DNA of 64,000 nt, taken from assembly GCA_043821645.1 (NCBI GenBank), contig JBDRCO010000044.1:23692-87691 (forward strand), read 5' to 3'. Made by a program: the position numbers and the translations under genes. The notes under the pieces were generated by a model that was not told where the DNA came from, did not search any database, and saw nothing but the letters and a program-made list of their open reading frames with translations. Shown here one piece after another: positions 18,708-29,380 of the stretch. Source of the stretch: Pseudomonadota bacterium (GTDB lineage Bacteria > Myxococcota > JACRCW01 > JAFGSX01). Positions within the stretch are counted from its first letter, which is position 1; every line of letters starts with the position of its first letter.

Positions 18708-20965
18708 GGATCCCGCTCGTTCTCGGCTCTTGGCCCGCGTCGCCCCAGCACGATCGCGCCCGCGGGCACCAGCAGCAGATCCGCCGCCAGGGCGACCACG
18801 GCCGTGAGCACCACGGTGAGCCCCAGCATGGCGATGGCCTTGGACGTCGAGGCCAGCAACACGGCGAAGCCCAGCCCCACCACCAGGGAGCTGCGGATCA
18901 TGGCAGGGCCACAGGCGGTCAGGGCGGCGCGCGCGGCGGTACCCCACGCGAGTTCCCGGTGCAAGGCTCGCACCCGCCGCAGCACGTGCAGGGTGTCGTC
19001 GACCGCGAGCCCGAGCGCCACGCTGAAGAAGAGCATGGACGAGGGCTTGAGGGTCACCCCCAGGGCTCCGTACAGCCCCAGCACCACCACCAGCGGTCCC
19101 AGGTTGGGCACCATGGCCAGGGCCCCAAGGCGCAGCGAGCCCAGGGCCAGCACCATGAGCACGGCAATCCCCACCGCGGCCAGGGCGAAGCCCCACAGGG
19201 CCTGCCGCGTCAGCAGGTGGTAGGCCAGCAGCGTGAGGTAGGTCCGCCCCGCGAAGCCCACCGTGATGTCGGGGCGCAGGGCGAGCGCCCGTTCTCGCAA
19301 GGCGTCCAGCAGGGCCAGGGTGGCGTTGGCGCCAGGGTCGGCAAAGCGCAGTTCCAGGCGCAGATACAGTTTTCCGTCGTCACCCAGCGCGCGGTAGCGC
19401 TCGAGAACACCCGGCGCCATCCCCTCGGCCACCAGCTCGAGCTGGGCCAGGCGCGCGTCGTCGGCATCCGCCTTGCCGTCGCCCCCGAGTAGCGCGTCGA
19501 CCCAGGTCAGCACGCCCAGGGCGCTGTGGACTCCCAGGACGTCGTGGCCCGTCCTCGCCTCGCGGCTCAAGGCCTCGAGCAGAGTGGCGCTGTCGGTCCG
19601 CATCGCATCCTCGGTGGCGGGCACACCCAGCACCAGATCGATGCGGCTCTCGCCCAAAAACTGGTCGGAGAAGTAGCGGTTGTCGACGACCACCGGGTGG
19701 CGGTCGGCCAGCTCCTCGAGGATGCGCGAATCCACGCGCAGCAAGGGCGCCAGGGCCAGGGCCACCGCCATCAGCACGCTCGCGGCGACCAGGATGCGTT
19801 CGGGCTTGCGCTCGACGAGCTGCCGGCATCGCGCCACCAGCCACTCCATCGTGAGGTCTAGCGCTCCCGGGGAGACGATGGGCCGCGCCGCGCCCAGCAG
19901 CCAGGGCAGCCCCAGCATGGCCACGGCATACCCGGCGAGGATGCCCAGCGAGGTGGCGACGGCGAATTGCCGGATCACCGGGATCGAGGTCAGGGCGAAG
20001 GACGCGAAGCCCACGGCGGAGGTGACGCTGGTCCACAGGCAGGTTCGTACCCCCCGACGCATGGCCTGCGCCCGCGCGTCGTCTGCGGACAGGCCCTGCT
20101 CGCGCAGGCGAAGGTGATCGCTGACGACGTGGATCACGTCACATAGCACCACCACCAGCACCACCACCGGGCTGGCCAGGGTGAGCAGGGTCAGCGGCAG
20201 GCCCAGGGCGCCGAGCACTCCAAGCTGCACCACCACCGCGGCCAGACCGAGGCCCAGGGCCCCCGCGGTCAGGCGCTTCTGGCCAAAGCTCAGCCACAAC
20301 AGCAGCGCCATGATCAGCAAGGTGGCGACGAAGAACTGACCAGCCTCGCGCGCCAGGAAGCGCGTCGAGCGCGCCTCCATCGCTGGAATGCCCGCCAGGT
20401 GCAGCTGCCAGCCCGCTTGTTCGAGGGGCTGCAGCGCGGTCTCCACCTCCTCGACGATGCGCGAGGCCTGCGCCAGGTCGCGCACGGCCTCGGGCTGCAG
20501 CTCGAGGATGGCGAGCAGGCCAAACCCGTCGCGGGACAGCCAGCGCAGCCCGGGCAAGACCTCGCGCTCGAGGCTCTGCCGCAGCGCCAGCACACCGGCT
20601 GCGTCGTCGGGAACCGTCGCCAGGGGCACCTGGCCGCCGAGGGTCTCGTCACCCGGGCTGGCCAGGGGCGTGGTGTAGGCCGAGTGCAGCGCGCGCAGCC
20701 AGGGCCGCGCCTGCAGTGAGCGCAGGCAGGCGCCCAGCTCCTTCAGGGCCGCCGGGCTCCAGGTCTGCGCGCCTTTGCTGGCAGCCAGGTACAGCTCGCG
20801 CCGGCCGTCCACATCGAACAGTGCGCGCAGCCGCTGCTCCTCGCGCACCGTGTCGTTGCCGGCGGGCAAGAAATCCTCGAACGAGAAGCGGGGTTGCACG
20901 CGCAGCGCGAAGCTGGCCAGGCCGACCAGGGCGAGCACGGCGAGGATGGTGAGGGGGCGGCGCAC
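18698..20965 (-). CDS. MMPL/RND family transporter
   Basis: Two halves each with a periplasmic loop plus TM bundle; motifs CDVIH, TSVTSAVGF, ALGLAVDDTLH, GFAVL. Confidence 0.85.
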   Translation of the reverse strand: MRRPLTILAVLALVGLASFALRVQPRFSFEDFLPAGNDTVREEQRLRALFDVDGRRELYLAASKGAQTWSPAALKELGACLRSLQARPWLRALHSAYTTPLASPGDETLGGQVPLATVPDDAAGVLALRQSLEREVLPGLRWLSRDGFGLLAILELQPEAVRDLAQASRIVEEVETALQPLEQAGWQLHLAGIPAMEARSTRFLAREAGQFFVATLLIMALLLWLSFGQKRLTAGALGLGLAAVVVQLGVLGALGLPLTLLTLASPVVVLVVVLCDVIHVVSDHLRLREQGLSADDARAQAMRRGVRTCLWTSVTSAVGFASFALTSIPVIRQFAVATSLGILAGYAVAMLGLPWLLGAARPIVSPGALDLTMEWLVARCRQLVERKPERILVAASVLMAVALALAPLLRVDSRILEELADRHPVVVDNRYFSDQFLGESRIDLVLGVPATEDAMRTDSATLLEALSREARTGHDVLGVHSALGVLTWVDALLGGDGKADADDARLAQLELVAEGMAPGVLERYRALGDDGKLYLRLELRFADPGANATLALLDALRERALALRPDITVGFAGRTYLTLLAYHLLTRQALWGFALAAVGIAVLMVLALGSLRLGALAMVPNLGPLVVVLGLYGALGVTLKPSSMLFFSVALGLAVDDTLHVLRRVRALHRELAWGTAARAALTACGPAMIRSSLVVGLGFAVLLASTSKAIAMLGLTVVLTAVVALAADLLLVPAGAIVLGRRGPRAENERDPQA

Positions 20966-21048
20966 GCGATCACTCTAGCCCACGCGCACCGCCGTGACGA
21001 CGGCATGCCGCACGCGCCACCCGCGGCCGCTGGCCGGATCTCGAAGGG

Positions 21049-22875
21049 CTACAGCCGCCAGCCCAGCTCGACCAGCCGCTGCGACACGTTGGCGGGCACG
21101 TAGATGAAGATGCGGTCGCCGCGCGGGCAGTCGCAGCTGGCGCAGAAACTGGTGTCAAACAGGCCGCGCTCGATGCGGTAGGCGAGCACGGGGATGGAGG
21201 GCGCGAGCTGCGAGCGGTAGTACTCGCGAAGGACCTCACCCTCGTCGATGGGGCGGATCTCCTGCACGTTGTTGACGTCCCGGAACCAGCGCTCCCAGGG
21301 GCTGTTGCCGCACTGCAGGGGCTCGATGTTCAGCCACAGGTTGCCACAGGGATCTGGCGCTGGCGGCGCGCCGGGTGTCGGCTGCGGCGGTGGCGGATCG
21401 GCGGGGTCGGTGCCGGTGGTGTAGCAGGTGTTCTGCATGTCGCAGGCGAGCGACACGAGCAGGCCCTGGCGCTCGCACAGCTGGCAGGGCACCAGCTGAT
21501 CCGTCGGTCCCTGCGAGGGGACGGCCTCCTCGTGGCACAGCAGATCGTCGCAGCTGGTGTGCACGACCACACCATTGGGATCCCGGCACACCTCGCAGAT
21601 GATCCCGTCGGCACTCTGCTCCACCACGCATACCACGCTGGGCCGGCTGTTGGAGCAGGTCTCGCTGATCTCGCCCTGCTCGGTGCGGCACACCGTGCAC
21701 ACCACGCTGTCGCCGGTGCTGTCGCTGCGCGTCTCTTCCCAGCACTCCACCGGTGTCGGCGGTTCGGGGAAGCAGGTGGCGTCGAGCACATCGACCGTTC
21801 CATCGCGGTTGAGGTCACCGCAGATCTCGCACAGCACCCCGTCGAGGGTGGTGAAGAGCTCGCAGCTCGGCGCCTGCTCGCAGGAGCACAGGCCATTGAC
21901 GCAGGCCGCGCCCTGGGCGCAGTCGCTGTCGTTCATGCAGGTCAGGCCCTGGCCGGCGCAGCCCGTGGTGTCGCAGGCGCGATGGGTGATGTTGCCCGCG
22001 GCGTCGTAGCAGATGGTGCACAGGCCGTCGCTGGTGCTGTAGGTGTGGCACTGCTCGGGCGGAGGGTCGCGCCAGCAGCTGCGGTTGACCACGCCGCCGT
22101 TCTGGTCGTAGCAGACCTGGCAGGTGGCGCCGTCGGAGGTCCGGTACTCGGAGCAGGCCACCGGTGCCGGACCCGAGCAACTGTGCTCCACCACCGCGTT
22201 GTTGGCGTCGTAGCAGGTGTAGCAGGTGCTGCCGTCGGCGGAGCTGAGGGCATTGCAGTAATCCGGGCCCGGCGGCAAGGGCTCGCAGGTCTCGGTGGTG
22301 CCGCCGTTGCCGTTGACACAGCGCTGGCAGCGCTGACCGTCACGCTGGTAGATCTCGCAGGGCAGGTCTTCTCCCGTGCAGTCCCGGCGCACCACATCGC
22401 CATTGTCGGCGTAGCAGATCTCGCAGGTCAGGCCATTGGCGTCGGTGTAGCTCTCGCAGCCCGCCAGCATGTTGGTGGGCAGCTCTTCGTGGCAGGAGTC
22501 GAACAGCACGGTGCCCGTGGAGGTCTGGCAGATGCTGCAGGTCGCACCCAGATTGTTCTCGAGCACGCTGCACTCGGCGCGCTCGCCGACCCCGCACAGC
22601 TCGCTCAGCACCCGGCCCTGCAGATCGGTGCAGATCTCGCAGGTCTGGCCACCCGCCTCGACTCGCACCTCGAGGCGCGCGCAGCCCTGGGGATTGGCGA
22701 GGCAGGGACCACGGTCCTGACCCTGGGCGCGCAGGCACTCGCCCTGGGCCACGAACACCGTGGTCTGCTCTTCTCCGCCCAAGGTCCCCTGATCCACCGC
22801 CGCAGATTCCGCCGCCCACGGGCAGGCGGCTCCGGCGAGAAAAAGGGTCAGCAGGGCTGTGCTCAGGCGTCGCAT
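21049..22875 (-). CDS. Cys-rich repeat lipoprotein (about 11 four-Cys repeats), paralog of 61572..>64000
   Basis: MRRLSTALLTLFLAGAAC signal/lipobox; repeats such as CSEYRTSDGATCQVCYDQNGGVVNRSC; C-terminal QCG..PWER...CPRGDR domain. Confidence 0.8.
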   Translation of the reverse strand: MRRLSTALLTLFLAGAACPWAAESAAVDQGTLGGEEQTTVFVAQGECLRAQGQDRGPCLANPQGCARLEVRVEAGGQTCEICTDLQGRVLSELCGVGERAECSVLENNLGATCSICQTSTGTVLFDSCHEELPTNMLAGCESYTDANGLTCEICYADNGDVVRRDCTGEDLPCEIYQRDGQRCQRCVNGNGGTTETCEPLPPGPDYCNALSSADGSTCYTCYDANNAVVEHSCSGPAPVACSEYRTSDGATCQVCYDQNGGVVNRSCWRDPPPEQCHTYSTSDGLCTICYDAAGNITHRACDTTGCAGQGLTCMNDSDCAQGAACVNGLCSCEQAPSCELFTTLDGVLCEICGDLNRDGTVDVLDATCFPEPPTPVECWEETRSDSTGDSVVCTVCRTEQGEISETCSNSRPSVVCVVEQSADGIICEVCRDPNGVVVHTSCDDLLCHEEAVPSQGPTDQLVPCQLCERQGLLVSLACDMQNTCYTTGTDPADPPPPQPTPGAPPAPDPCGNLWLNIEPLQCGNSPWERWFRDVNNVQEIRPIDEGEVLREYYRSQLAPSIPVLAYRIERGLFDTSFCASCDCPRGDRIFIYVPANVSQRLVELGWRL

Positions 22876-22889
22876 GGTCCACATCTTAC

Positions 22890-22904
22890 GCAAGCGGCGT
22901 GCCG
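22890..22904 (-). promoter_or_regulatory. Putative sigma54 -24/-12 promoter
   Basis: Minus strand CGGCACGCCGCTTGC (GG-N10-GC) just upstream of ATG 22875; IHF-like ATACAGCTACTTA at 22941-22953. A sigma70-type TAAGAT also lies adjacent. Confidence 0.55.
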
Positions 22905-23162
22905 CGGGCGAGAGCTGCCACAAAGACCGCCATTTGTTGCTAAGTAGCTGTATCGACAGGACAAAAAGAGGTGCGAAGGGCGCGCAGCTTTGCCCACCCC
23001 GCCAGAGAATCGCCGCAACTGATGCGTCCAGGCATCACTGCGACGCCGGATCCCTGAGGCGAGGTCGCAGCGATCGTGGCCATGGCGAGTGGTGCATAAG
23101 CGCCGTTCCGCGGGAGTTCCTGCAGCGTGTGGTACCTGGCTGGAGCGCACAGACGTGCCGGC

Positions 23163-24503
23163 TCAGCCGCCCCGGGTGTTGGAGATGTCGTACTTGTTGA
23201 TGAGCTTGTGCAGGCTCATGCGGTCGATGCCGGCCTGGCGTGCGGCGGCGCTGACGTTGCCCTTGTGGGCATCGAGCAGGGCTTCGGTGTAGGTGCGCTC
23301 GAAGCTCTCGACGAGTTCGGCTTTCTGTTCCTTGAAGGGCTTGTCGAGATCCAGCGGCGGGGAGGTCACGGCCGCGCTGTCGATGCGGCGCAGCTGCTCG
23401 GGTGTGCTCACCTCGCCCAGCACCACGCTGCGTTCGACCGCATTCTTGAGCTCGCGCACATTGCCCGGCCAGTCGTGCTCGAGAAAACGGTGCACCGCGC
23501 CCTCGGGCAGGTCGGCGCGGGTCTTGTGGAGGCCAGCCAGAAAGTGGTCGATGAGCAGTTCAAGGTCCTCGCGTCGCTCACGCAGGGGCGGCACGGTGAG
23601 GGTCACCACGGCCAGGCGGTAGTACAGGTCCTCGCGAAAATCACCGCGCGCCACCATGCTGCGCAGGTCGCGGTTGGTGGCAGCGACGATGCGCACGTCG
23701 ACGGGCAGGGTCTGGCCACCGCCCACGCGCTGGATCTCGCGGCGCTCCAGCGCCCGCAGCAGCTTGGGCTGCAAGCTCATGTCGAGCTCGCCCACCTCGT
23801 CGAGGAACAGGGTGCCGCCACTGGCGCGCTCGAAGGCGCCAATCCGCTTGCTCACGGCGCCGGTGAAGGCGCCCCGCTCGTGGCCAAACAGCTCGCTCTC
23901 GATGAGCGAGGGCGCGATGGCGCCGCAGTCCACGACGACGAAGGGGCCCCGCGCGCGGGTGCTGGCCTCGTACAGGGCGCAGGCGATGACTTCCTTGCCG
24001 GTGCCGGTCTCGCCGGTGACCAGCACCGTGGCGTCGGTCCGCGCGACCTTCTCGACGCGGGCAAAGATCTCGCGCATCAGCGGCGAGCGGCCCACGGCGC
24101 TGCCCAGGTTCTCCTGTGGTGACAGCGGCGACTGCACGGTCTCGCTGGCGGCCTTGAAGTGCAGGGTCACCTCGCCGGCGAGGATCTCGACCTCGCGGTC
24201 GAGGTAGGCCTCGAGCACGCGCACGCCGTTGAGGCGGGTGCCGTTGGTGGAGCCCAGGTCGCGCAGGACAAAACCACGCTCGCTGACCACGATCTCGAAG
24301 TGGGCGCTGGAGACCGTGGGATCGCTGAGCACGAGGTCATTGCCCGGACCGGCGCCGACGCGCACGCGCTCGGTGTCGAACACGCGCTTGAGCCCCTCGG
24401 CTGCGCCGCTCTTGACCGTGATGACGAAGGTCTGACGCTCGATCTTCTGGCCGTGGGCACCAGGGACCAGGCGCGTCGGACGGTTGAACAGGGCCTCACC
24501 CAT
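23163..24503 (-). CDS. FHA-domain sigma54-dependent transcriptional activator (bEBP)
   Basis: FHA (VSSAH...DLGSTNGT), [51 protein letters not shown], Fis-type HTH. Confidence 0.95.
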   Translation of the reverse strand: MGEALFNRPTRLVPGAHGQKIERQTFVITVKSGAAEGLKRVFDTERVRVGAGPGNDLVLSDPTVSSAHFEIVVSERGFVLRDLGSTNGTRLNGVRVLEAYLDREVEILAGEVTLHFKAASETVQSPLSPQENLGSAVGRSPLMREIFARVEKVARTDATVLVTGETGTGKEVIACALYEASTRARGPFVVVDCGAIAPSLIESELFGHERGAFTGAVSKRIGAFERASGGTLFLDEVGELDMSLQPKLLRALERREIQRVGGGQTLPVDVRIVAATNRDLRSMVARGDFREDLYYRLAVVTLTVPPLRERREDLELLIDHFLAGLHKTRADLPEGAVHRFLEHDWPGNVRELKNAVERSVVLGEVSTPEQLRRIDSAAVTSPPLDLDKPFKEQKAELVESFERTYTEALLDAHKGNVSAAARQAGIDRMSLHKLINKYDISNTRGG

Positions 24504-24616
24504 GCGTTCCTCGTCGGCAACCGGCGAGCCGGTGCGCGTATTGTGACCACGCAGCTCCCGCTCGTGCAACCGTTGCGGTCTTCTGTCGGGGACGGCCGCG
24601 CATGCTCCGCAGCGAC

Positions 24617-25363
24617 TCAGCGTCGCGCCACCACCACCAGTCGCTCGGCCTCGTGATCGTAGGGCGTGCCGTGCAGGCTGCCAAAGCTCTGCACCTGGTC
24701 GAAACCCACGTCGCGCAGAAGGCCTTCGAGCTCGCTGGCAGCGTACAAGCGGTGTTCGACCACCACCTGCACGGTCTGGCCCTGGCGCAGCAAGGTCCAC
24801 TGGTTGCGGATCCAGCCAAAGCTGTGCTGCAGCTCCCTGTCCTCGATGATCAGCGTGCCGTCGGCCAGGCGATCCCAGTCGCGCTGCCTGAACTTGCGGG
24901 CCAGGATCTCCTTGCCCAGCAGGTCCATGACCAGCACGCCACCAGGCTTGAGGCTCTGCCGCAGCTTGTCGAGCACCTGCCTGTCCTGAGCCGGGTCCTC
25001 GAAGTAGCCAAAGGCGGTGAACAGGTTGACCGCGAGATCAAAGGCACGCGGTCTCACGAAGTGCCGCATGTCGTCCTGCACCCACTCCACCTGCAGCCCC
25101 GCGTCGCTCGCGCGCGCGCCCGCGCGTTCGAGGTAGGCCGCGGTCCTGTCGACGCCGGTGACGGTGAAGCCGCGGCGCGCCAGCTCCACAGCGTGGCGGC
25201 CCGGGCCGCAGCACAGGTCGAGCACACTACCGGGCGGACGGACCTGGACCAGGCCGAGCAGCGCCTCGATCTCTGCCGGTGCCGCGGCAAAGCGGTCCTC
25301 GTCGAACATCACGGGATCGAAGTCGCGCCAGAACGCGTCGTCGTCATGCCAGGGGACGGTCAT
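24617..25363 (-). CDS. Class I SAM-dependent methyltransferase
   Basis: VLDLCCGPGRH, VTGVD, DDMR, NLFTAFGYF, LKPGG. Confidence 0.9.
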   Translation of the reverse strand: MTVPWHDDDAFWRDFDPVMFDEDRFAAAPAEIEALLGLVQVRPPGSVLDLCCGPGRHAVELARRGFTVTGVDRTAAYLERAGARASDAGLQVEWVQDDMRHFVRPRAFDLAVNLFTAFGYFEDPAQDRQVLDKLRQSLKPGGVLVMDLLGKEILARKFRQRDWDRLADGTLIIEDRELQHSFGWIRNQWTLLRQGQTVQVVVEHRLYAASELEGLLRDVGFDQVQSFGSLHGTPYDHEAERLVVVARR

Positions 25364-25926
25364 CGCGGTCTCCCCGGGGTGGGCTCCCCGGTGGCGGTCC
25401 CAAAACCTCGCAGGCAACTGCCCAGCGCGGGCAGGTCGTCCAGCAGCTCGCGCAGACCGGGCTCGCGAGCGCGCTCCAGGATCGCGTGGGTGGCCTCGTG
25501 CACGCGATGCTCTTCGCGCTGTTTCTCGTCGTCACTGCTCTCGAAACGCGCCAGACGCCGGGCAAAGCGCACCACGTGCACCAGCTCGTGTACCAGCAGG
25601 AACAGCAGCAGTGCCCCGGCGCGGGCTCCCTGGTCGACGGCGGCCAGGATGTGCGGGTCCCACAGGCACACCCGGTAGTGGATGCGCCGCCTGTCCCGCG
25701 CCGAGCGTTCCTCGCGGGTGAGGTCGCAGCGCTGCACCTCCGCGAGCTGGGTGGGCGAGGGCGGGGGCGCGATGTCCAGACCCTGCAGTTCGACGGCGGT
25801 GACGACGTCGTAGGGTGCCTGTCGCAGGTCAAAGGCGCTGAGCCTGAAGTGATCGCCGCACAGGTCCTCAGCCAGTCGCAACGTGCGCTGCACCTCGGCC
25901 CGCATGGCGTCGTCGAACAGGCGCAT
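25360..25926 (-). CDS. Hypothetical protein with HExxH (zincin-like) motif; alternative GTG start at 25938
   Basis: LLVHELVHVVRF and downstream EE..VH; stop overlaps the methyltransferase start. Confidence 0.65.
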   Translation of the reverse strand: MRLFDDAMRAEVQRTLRLAEDLCGDHFRLSAFDLRQAPYDVVTAVELQGLDIAPPPSPTQLAEVQRCDLTREERSARDRRRIHYRVCLWDPHILAAVDQGARAGALLLFLLVHELVHVVRFARRLARFESSDDEKQREEHRVHEATHAILERAREPGLRELLDDLPALGSCLRGFGTATGEPTPGRPR

Positions 25927-26035
25927 GATCTGCCCCACCTCGTCGAGGTTCCAGGCTAGCGAGTTCGCTGTGGCAGGGCAACGCGCGAGCCGGAACCGGG
26001 GGCTCGTCGGGATACGGACGCTCCCCGAGGTGCAC

Positions 26036-26812
26036 TCAGTTCAGCAGCACGGCCAGCACCAGCACCGCGGTCTGCGCCACCTCGACGCTGGCACCCAGCA
26101 CATCGCCGGTGACGCCGCCGAGCACGCGCTCGGCCCAGCGCGCCATCGCCCAGCCCAGGCCGAGGCCTGCGGCCAGCAGCAGGATCCAGCCAAAAGGCCA
26201 CGCCAGCACCACGCCGGCCGCGAGGGCAGTCACCGACGCCATCCGCAGCCAGTCGCCCTGCACCTTGCCCACCAGCAGGCGGCCCAGGCTGTTCACGCCG
26301 GCCCAGTCCGGCGGCCGGCACACGAAGGCCACCACCACTGCGGCCAGTCTTCCGACGACGGGAGCGAGCACCACGGCGCCGAGGTGTCCGGCATGCAGCA
26401 GCGATCCCGCGGCCACGGCCTGCAGCGCCAGCACCAGAAACACCGCCACCGCGCCCATCACGCCGACCCGGCTGTCCTTGAGGATCTTGCCTGCGTCCTC
26501 GCCGCGCTTGCCCGAGAGCAGGCCGTCAAAGCTGTCGGCCAGGCCGTCGATGTGAAACGCGCCGGTGACCAGCGCCCAGGTGGCGATGGTGAGCAGCCCG
26601 GGCAGCAGGCTCTGCTCGGGGGCCAGCCACGACACCGCGCCGCCCACCAGCAGGCCGCACAGCCCGACCACCAGGCCCACCGCAGGATAGAACGCTGTCA
26701 GCGACGGGATCTCCTCCTCGCTGGGAGCGCGCCCCAGCTTCACCGGCAGGCGCGTCAGGTACTGCAGCGCGGCGAGCGCTCGGAACGCCAGATCGGGCGG
26801 GGCTGTACTCAT
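26036..26812 (-). CDS. cobS: Adenosylcobinamide-GDP ribazoletransferase (cobamide synthase)
   Basis: YLTRLP, FYPAVG, TGAFHIDGLADSFDG, LKDSRVGVMG, GGVTGDVLGA. Confidence 0.96.
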   Translation of the reverse strand: MSTAPPDLAFRALAALQYLTRLPVKLGRAPSEEEIPSLTAFYPAVGLVVGLCGLLVGGAVSWLAPEQSLLPGLLTIATWALVTGAFHIDGLADSFDGLLSGKRGEDAGKILKDSRVGVMGAVAVFLVLALQAVAAGSLLHAGHLGAVVLAPVVGRLAAVVVAFVCRPPDWAGVNSLGRLLVGKVQGDWLRMASVTALAAGVVLAWPFGWILLLAAGLGLGWAMARWAERVLGGVTGDVLGASVEVAQTAVLVLAVLLN

Positions 26813-26816
26813 GACC

Positions 26817-27881
26817 TCATCTCACGGCGCGGGTCACGCCCGCGGCCTCGAAGATCGCCATCTCGTTGAGGACCTTGACCCCGGCCTCGATCACGAACAT
26901 GGCCAGGGCCGCGCCCGTGCCCTCGCCCAGGCGCAGGTCCAGGTCGAGCAGCGGTCTCAGGTCCAGGCGCTCGAGCATGACGGTATGCCCGACCTCGACC
27001 GAGCGGTGCGAGGCAAACATGTACTGGGCGCTTGCCGGGCACAGCGCGTGCGCCAGCAGGGCGCCGGCGGTCGAGATGAAGCCGTCGACGACCACGGGCA
27101 GCCTGTTCTTGGCCGCGCCCAGCACCAGCCCGGCCAGGCCCCCGATCTCGAGCCCGCCGACCTTGCTCAGCACGTCGATGGGGTCCCCGGGATCGGGCGC
27201 ATTGACGTCGAGGGCGCGGCGCACCACGGCGATCTTGTGCGCCAGGGTGGCGTCGTCGACGCCGGTGCCGCGGCCGGTGACCTCGGCGGGATCGCGGCCA
27301 CTGAGGCAGGCCACGATGGCGGCCGAGGGCGTCGAGTTGGCGATGCCCATTTCGCCTGTGCCCAGCAACTGCACCCGGCCCTCGCGCACCAGCGCGTCGA
27401 CGATCTCGATGCCCACCTCGATGCTGCGCTTGGCCAGCGCGCGGTCCATGGCCGGGCCGCGGGCGATGTTGGCGGTGCCCCGGGCCAGCTTGCGGTCGAT
27501 GACGCCCGGAATGCCGGTCAGGTCGCCGTTGACGCCGAGGTCGACCACCATGAGCTCGGCTCCCGCGTGGCGGCCGAGCACGTTGATGCCGGCGCCACCC
27601 GCGGCGAAGTTCTTCATCATCTCGATGGTGACTTCGGGTGGCATGCGGCTGACGTTCTCCTCGACCACACCATGGTCGCCGCCCAGGGTCACCAGTACCT
27701 TGGTCGCCACCGATGGCTGCCGCTGGCGGGTGATGGCCACCACGCGCCGCGCGCACTCCTCGAGCCGGCCCAGGCTCCCCGGCGGCTTGGTCTGGTTGTC
27801 CAGGCGTTGCTGGGCCCAGGCCATCAGCTCGGCGTCCACGGGCTCGATGCGATCCAGGGTTTCTTGCAGCAAGGATTTCAT
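26817..27881 (-). CDS. cobT: Nicotinate-nucleotide:dimethylbenzimidazole phosphoribosyltransferase
   Basis: [41 protein letters not shown]. Confidence 0.97.
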   Translation of the reverse strand: MKSLLQETLDRIEPVDAELMAWAQQRLDNQTKPPGSLGRLEECARRVVAITRQRQPSVATKVLVTLGGDHGVVEENVSRMPPEVTIEMMKNFAAGGAGINVLGRHAGAELMVVDLGVNGDLTGIPGVIDRKLARGTANIARGPAMDRALAKRSIEVGIEIVDALVREGRVQLLGTGEMGIANSTPSAAIVACLSGRDPAEVTGRGTGVDDATLAHKIAVVRRALDVNAPDPGDPIDVLSKVGGLEIGGLAGLVLGAAKNRLPVVVDGFISTAGALLAHALCPASAQYMFASHRSVEVGHTVMLERLDLRPLLDLDLRLGEGTGAALAMFVIEAGVKVLNEMAIFEAAGVTRAVR

Positions 27882-27906
27882 GGCGATCTTTCCAGGGGGC
27901 GTCGGC

Positions 27907-28449
27907 TCACGCCTCGTTCAGGAGCGCTGGCTCGTGTCCCTTGAGCACCAGGGGCAGCCCGGACACCATGACGACCACGGCGTCGCAGCTCGCGGCCATC
28001 TTCTGGTTGAGCGAGCCCAGGGCGTCGCGGTAGCGCCGGCTCAGGGCGTCGCCGGGCACCAGGCCCAGGCCCACCTCGTTGCTCACCAGCAACACCGGCA
28101 CCCGGCACGAGCGCAGGGCCGCGTCCAGGGCGTCGAAGCGGCGTGCCAGCTCGTCGTCGTCGAGCTCGGCGCACAGCAGGTTGCTGACCCACAGGGTCAG
28201 GCAGTCGAGCACCACCACGTCGTGCTGGGGGCCGTGGCGCAGCAGGGCCATGGCCGGCGCCATCGCTTCCTCCACCGTGGTCCAGCCCTCGCCGCGCTCG
28301 GCCTGGTGGCGAGCGATGCGGGCCTGCATCTCGTCGTCGCCGGGTTCGGCGGTGGCCACGAACAGGCGTCGCGGTCCCAGACGTTCAGCCACCTGCTGGG
28401 CGCGGGCGCTCTTGCCCGAGCGCGCGCCTCCCGTGTACAGGACCTTCAC
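27907..28449 (-). CDS. cobU: Bifunctional adenosylcobinamide kinase / cobinamide-phosphate guanylyltransferase
   Basis: [38 protein letters not shown]. Confidence 0.96.
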   Translation of the reverse strand: MKVLYTGGARSGKSARAQQVAERLGPRRLFVATAEPGDDEMQARIARHQAERGEGWTTVEEAMAPAMALLRHGPQHDVVVLDCLTLWVSNLLCAELDDDELARRFDALDAALRSCRVPVLLVSNEVGLGLVPGDALSRRYRDALGSLNQKMAASCDAVVVMVSGLPLVLKGHEPALLNEA

Positions 28450-29243
28450 CCACCACCCCCGGATCCGGGCCAGCTCGTCGCGAGCGCCTTCAGGGACGAC
28501 TCGAAAGCCTCGACGCCGAACACCTCCACCGTCACCACGCCCTGGTATGCGCGCTCCTGCAAGGTCTGCAGGATTCCCGCAAGGGGTGGAAAATGCTCAA
28601 GAGATCTGTGATCTCTGTCCGCCACGCCATGGATGTGGATGTGGTTCGTGCACTCCAGGTTGGCAGCCAGGATGGGCAGCGGATCCGCATGCGCATAGTG
28701 CACATGGCCGAGGTCCAGGCACAGGCTGCAGCCGCTGTGTTCTGCCAGGGCCCGGTTGCAGGCCACGTCGTAGGCCCACTGGTTTTCCACCGCCAGCCGG
28801 AGGGGGTCCACCCCGGCCAGCTCGGCGATGCGAGCCAGGCCGCAACGCGCGCGTTCGACCCAGGTGTGCAGCGCGTCGCCTGCTTCTGGAGGCGCGGGCA
28901 CGATGTGCAGCACGCCGGCCGACGGCGCCAGGGGCTCGATCAGCCGCAACATGGCGGCCACGGCCTGGGCCGAGCGCTCACAAGGGTCTCCGTCCAGGGC
29001 CACCAGGGTCGGCAGGTGCACGCTGTAGCTCAGGCCCGTGTCGCGGCCAATGGCAGCCATGCGTGCGATGGCGTCGGGGTCTGGCAGATCGCCCTCGGGT
29101 TCCAGCAGCAGGATCTGCACATCGTCGACCCGGTCCTGCAGCCACTCCACATTGGGCAGCAGGTGGTCGGGGAGCACGAAGGAGCTGGTGCCCAGGCGGA
29201 AGGAACGGCTCAGGGCGGGCAGGATGGGGCGGTGCGAGGGCAT
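28446..29243 (-). CDS. cbiR: Cobamide remodelling phosphodiesterase CbiR-like (xylose isomerase / endonuclease IV TIM barrel)
   Basis: FRLGTSSF N-terminus, VHLP, VLH, AVEN, CLDLGH, HIHIHG, DHRSL, TVEVF; stop overlaps cobU start (GTGA). Confidence 0.72.
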   Translation of the reverse strand: MPSHRPILPALSRSFRLGTSSFVLPDHLLPNVEWLQDRVDDVQILLLEPEGDLPDPDAIARMAAIGRDTGLSYSVHLPTLVALDGDPCERSAQAVAAMLRLIEPLAPSAGVLHIVPAPPEAGDALHTWVERARCGLARIAELAGVDPLRLAVENQWAYDVACNRALAEHSGCSLCLDLGHVHYAHADPLPILAANLECTNHIHIHGVADRDHRSLEHFPPLAGILQTLQERAYQGVVTVEVFGVEAFESSLKALATSWPGSGGGG

Positions 29244-29317
29244 TTTTTTCAGCATGTTCGCCGCTGTCGAGGCCTTCAGGATGTCATGGCGGCAACCCGA
29301 AGTCGCCAAAAAATCCG

Positions 29318-29346
29318 TTGACGAACTATCTTGTGGTGCCTATCTC
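29318..29346 (+). promoter_or_regulatory. Putative sigma70 promoter for the zinc-ribbon gene
   Basis: TTGACG-N17-TATCTC preceded by an A-tract; RBS GGAGG before ATG 29381. Confidence 0.45.
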
Positions 29347-29380
29347 AATGGCAGGACCGCTTGCTGCGCGGAGGTACACG

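Noticed and set aside
21049-22875. Multiheme cytochrome reading of the CxxC-rich proteins (also 61572->64000)
   Set aside because: CxxC is followed by Y, V, G, R etc.; CxxCH occurs only once in the second paralog (CTICH), consistent with chance
24617-25363. BzaC-type lower-ligand methyltransferase
   Set aside because: Looks like a generic class I methyltransferase; no bza genes nearby and proximity alone is insufficient
29244-29380. Possible cobalamin riboswitch upstream of the cobamide genes
   Set aside because: Gap is under 140 nt, holds divergent promoter-like elements, and shows no recognisable B12-box
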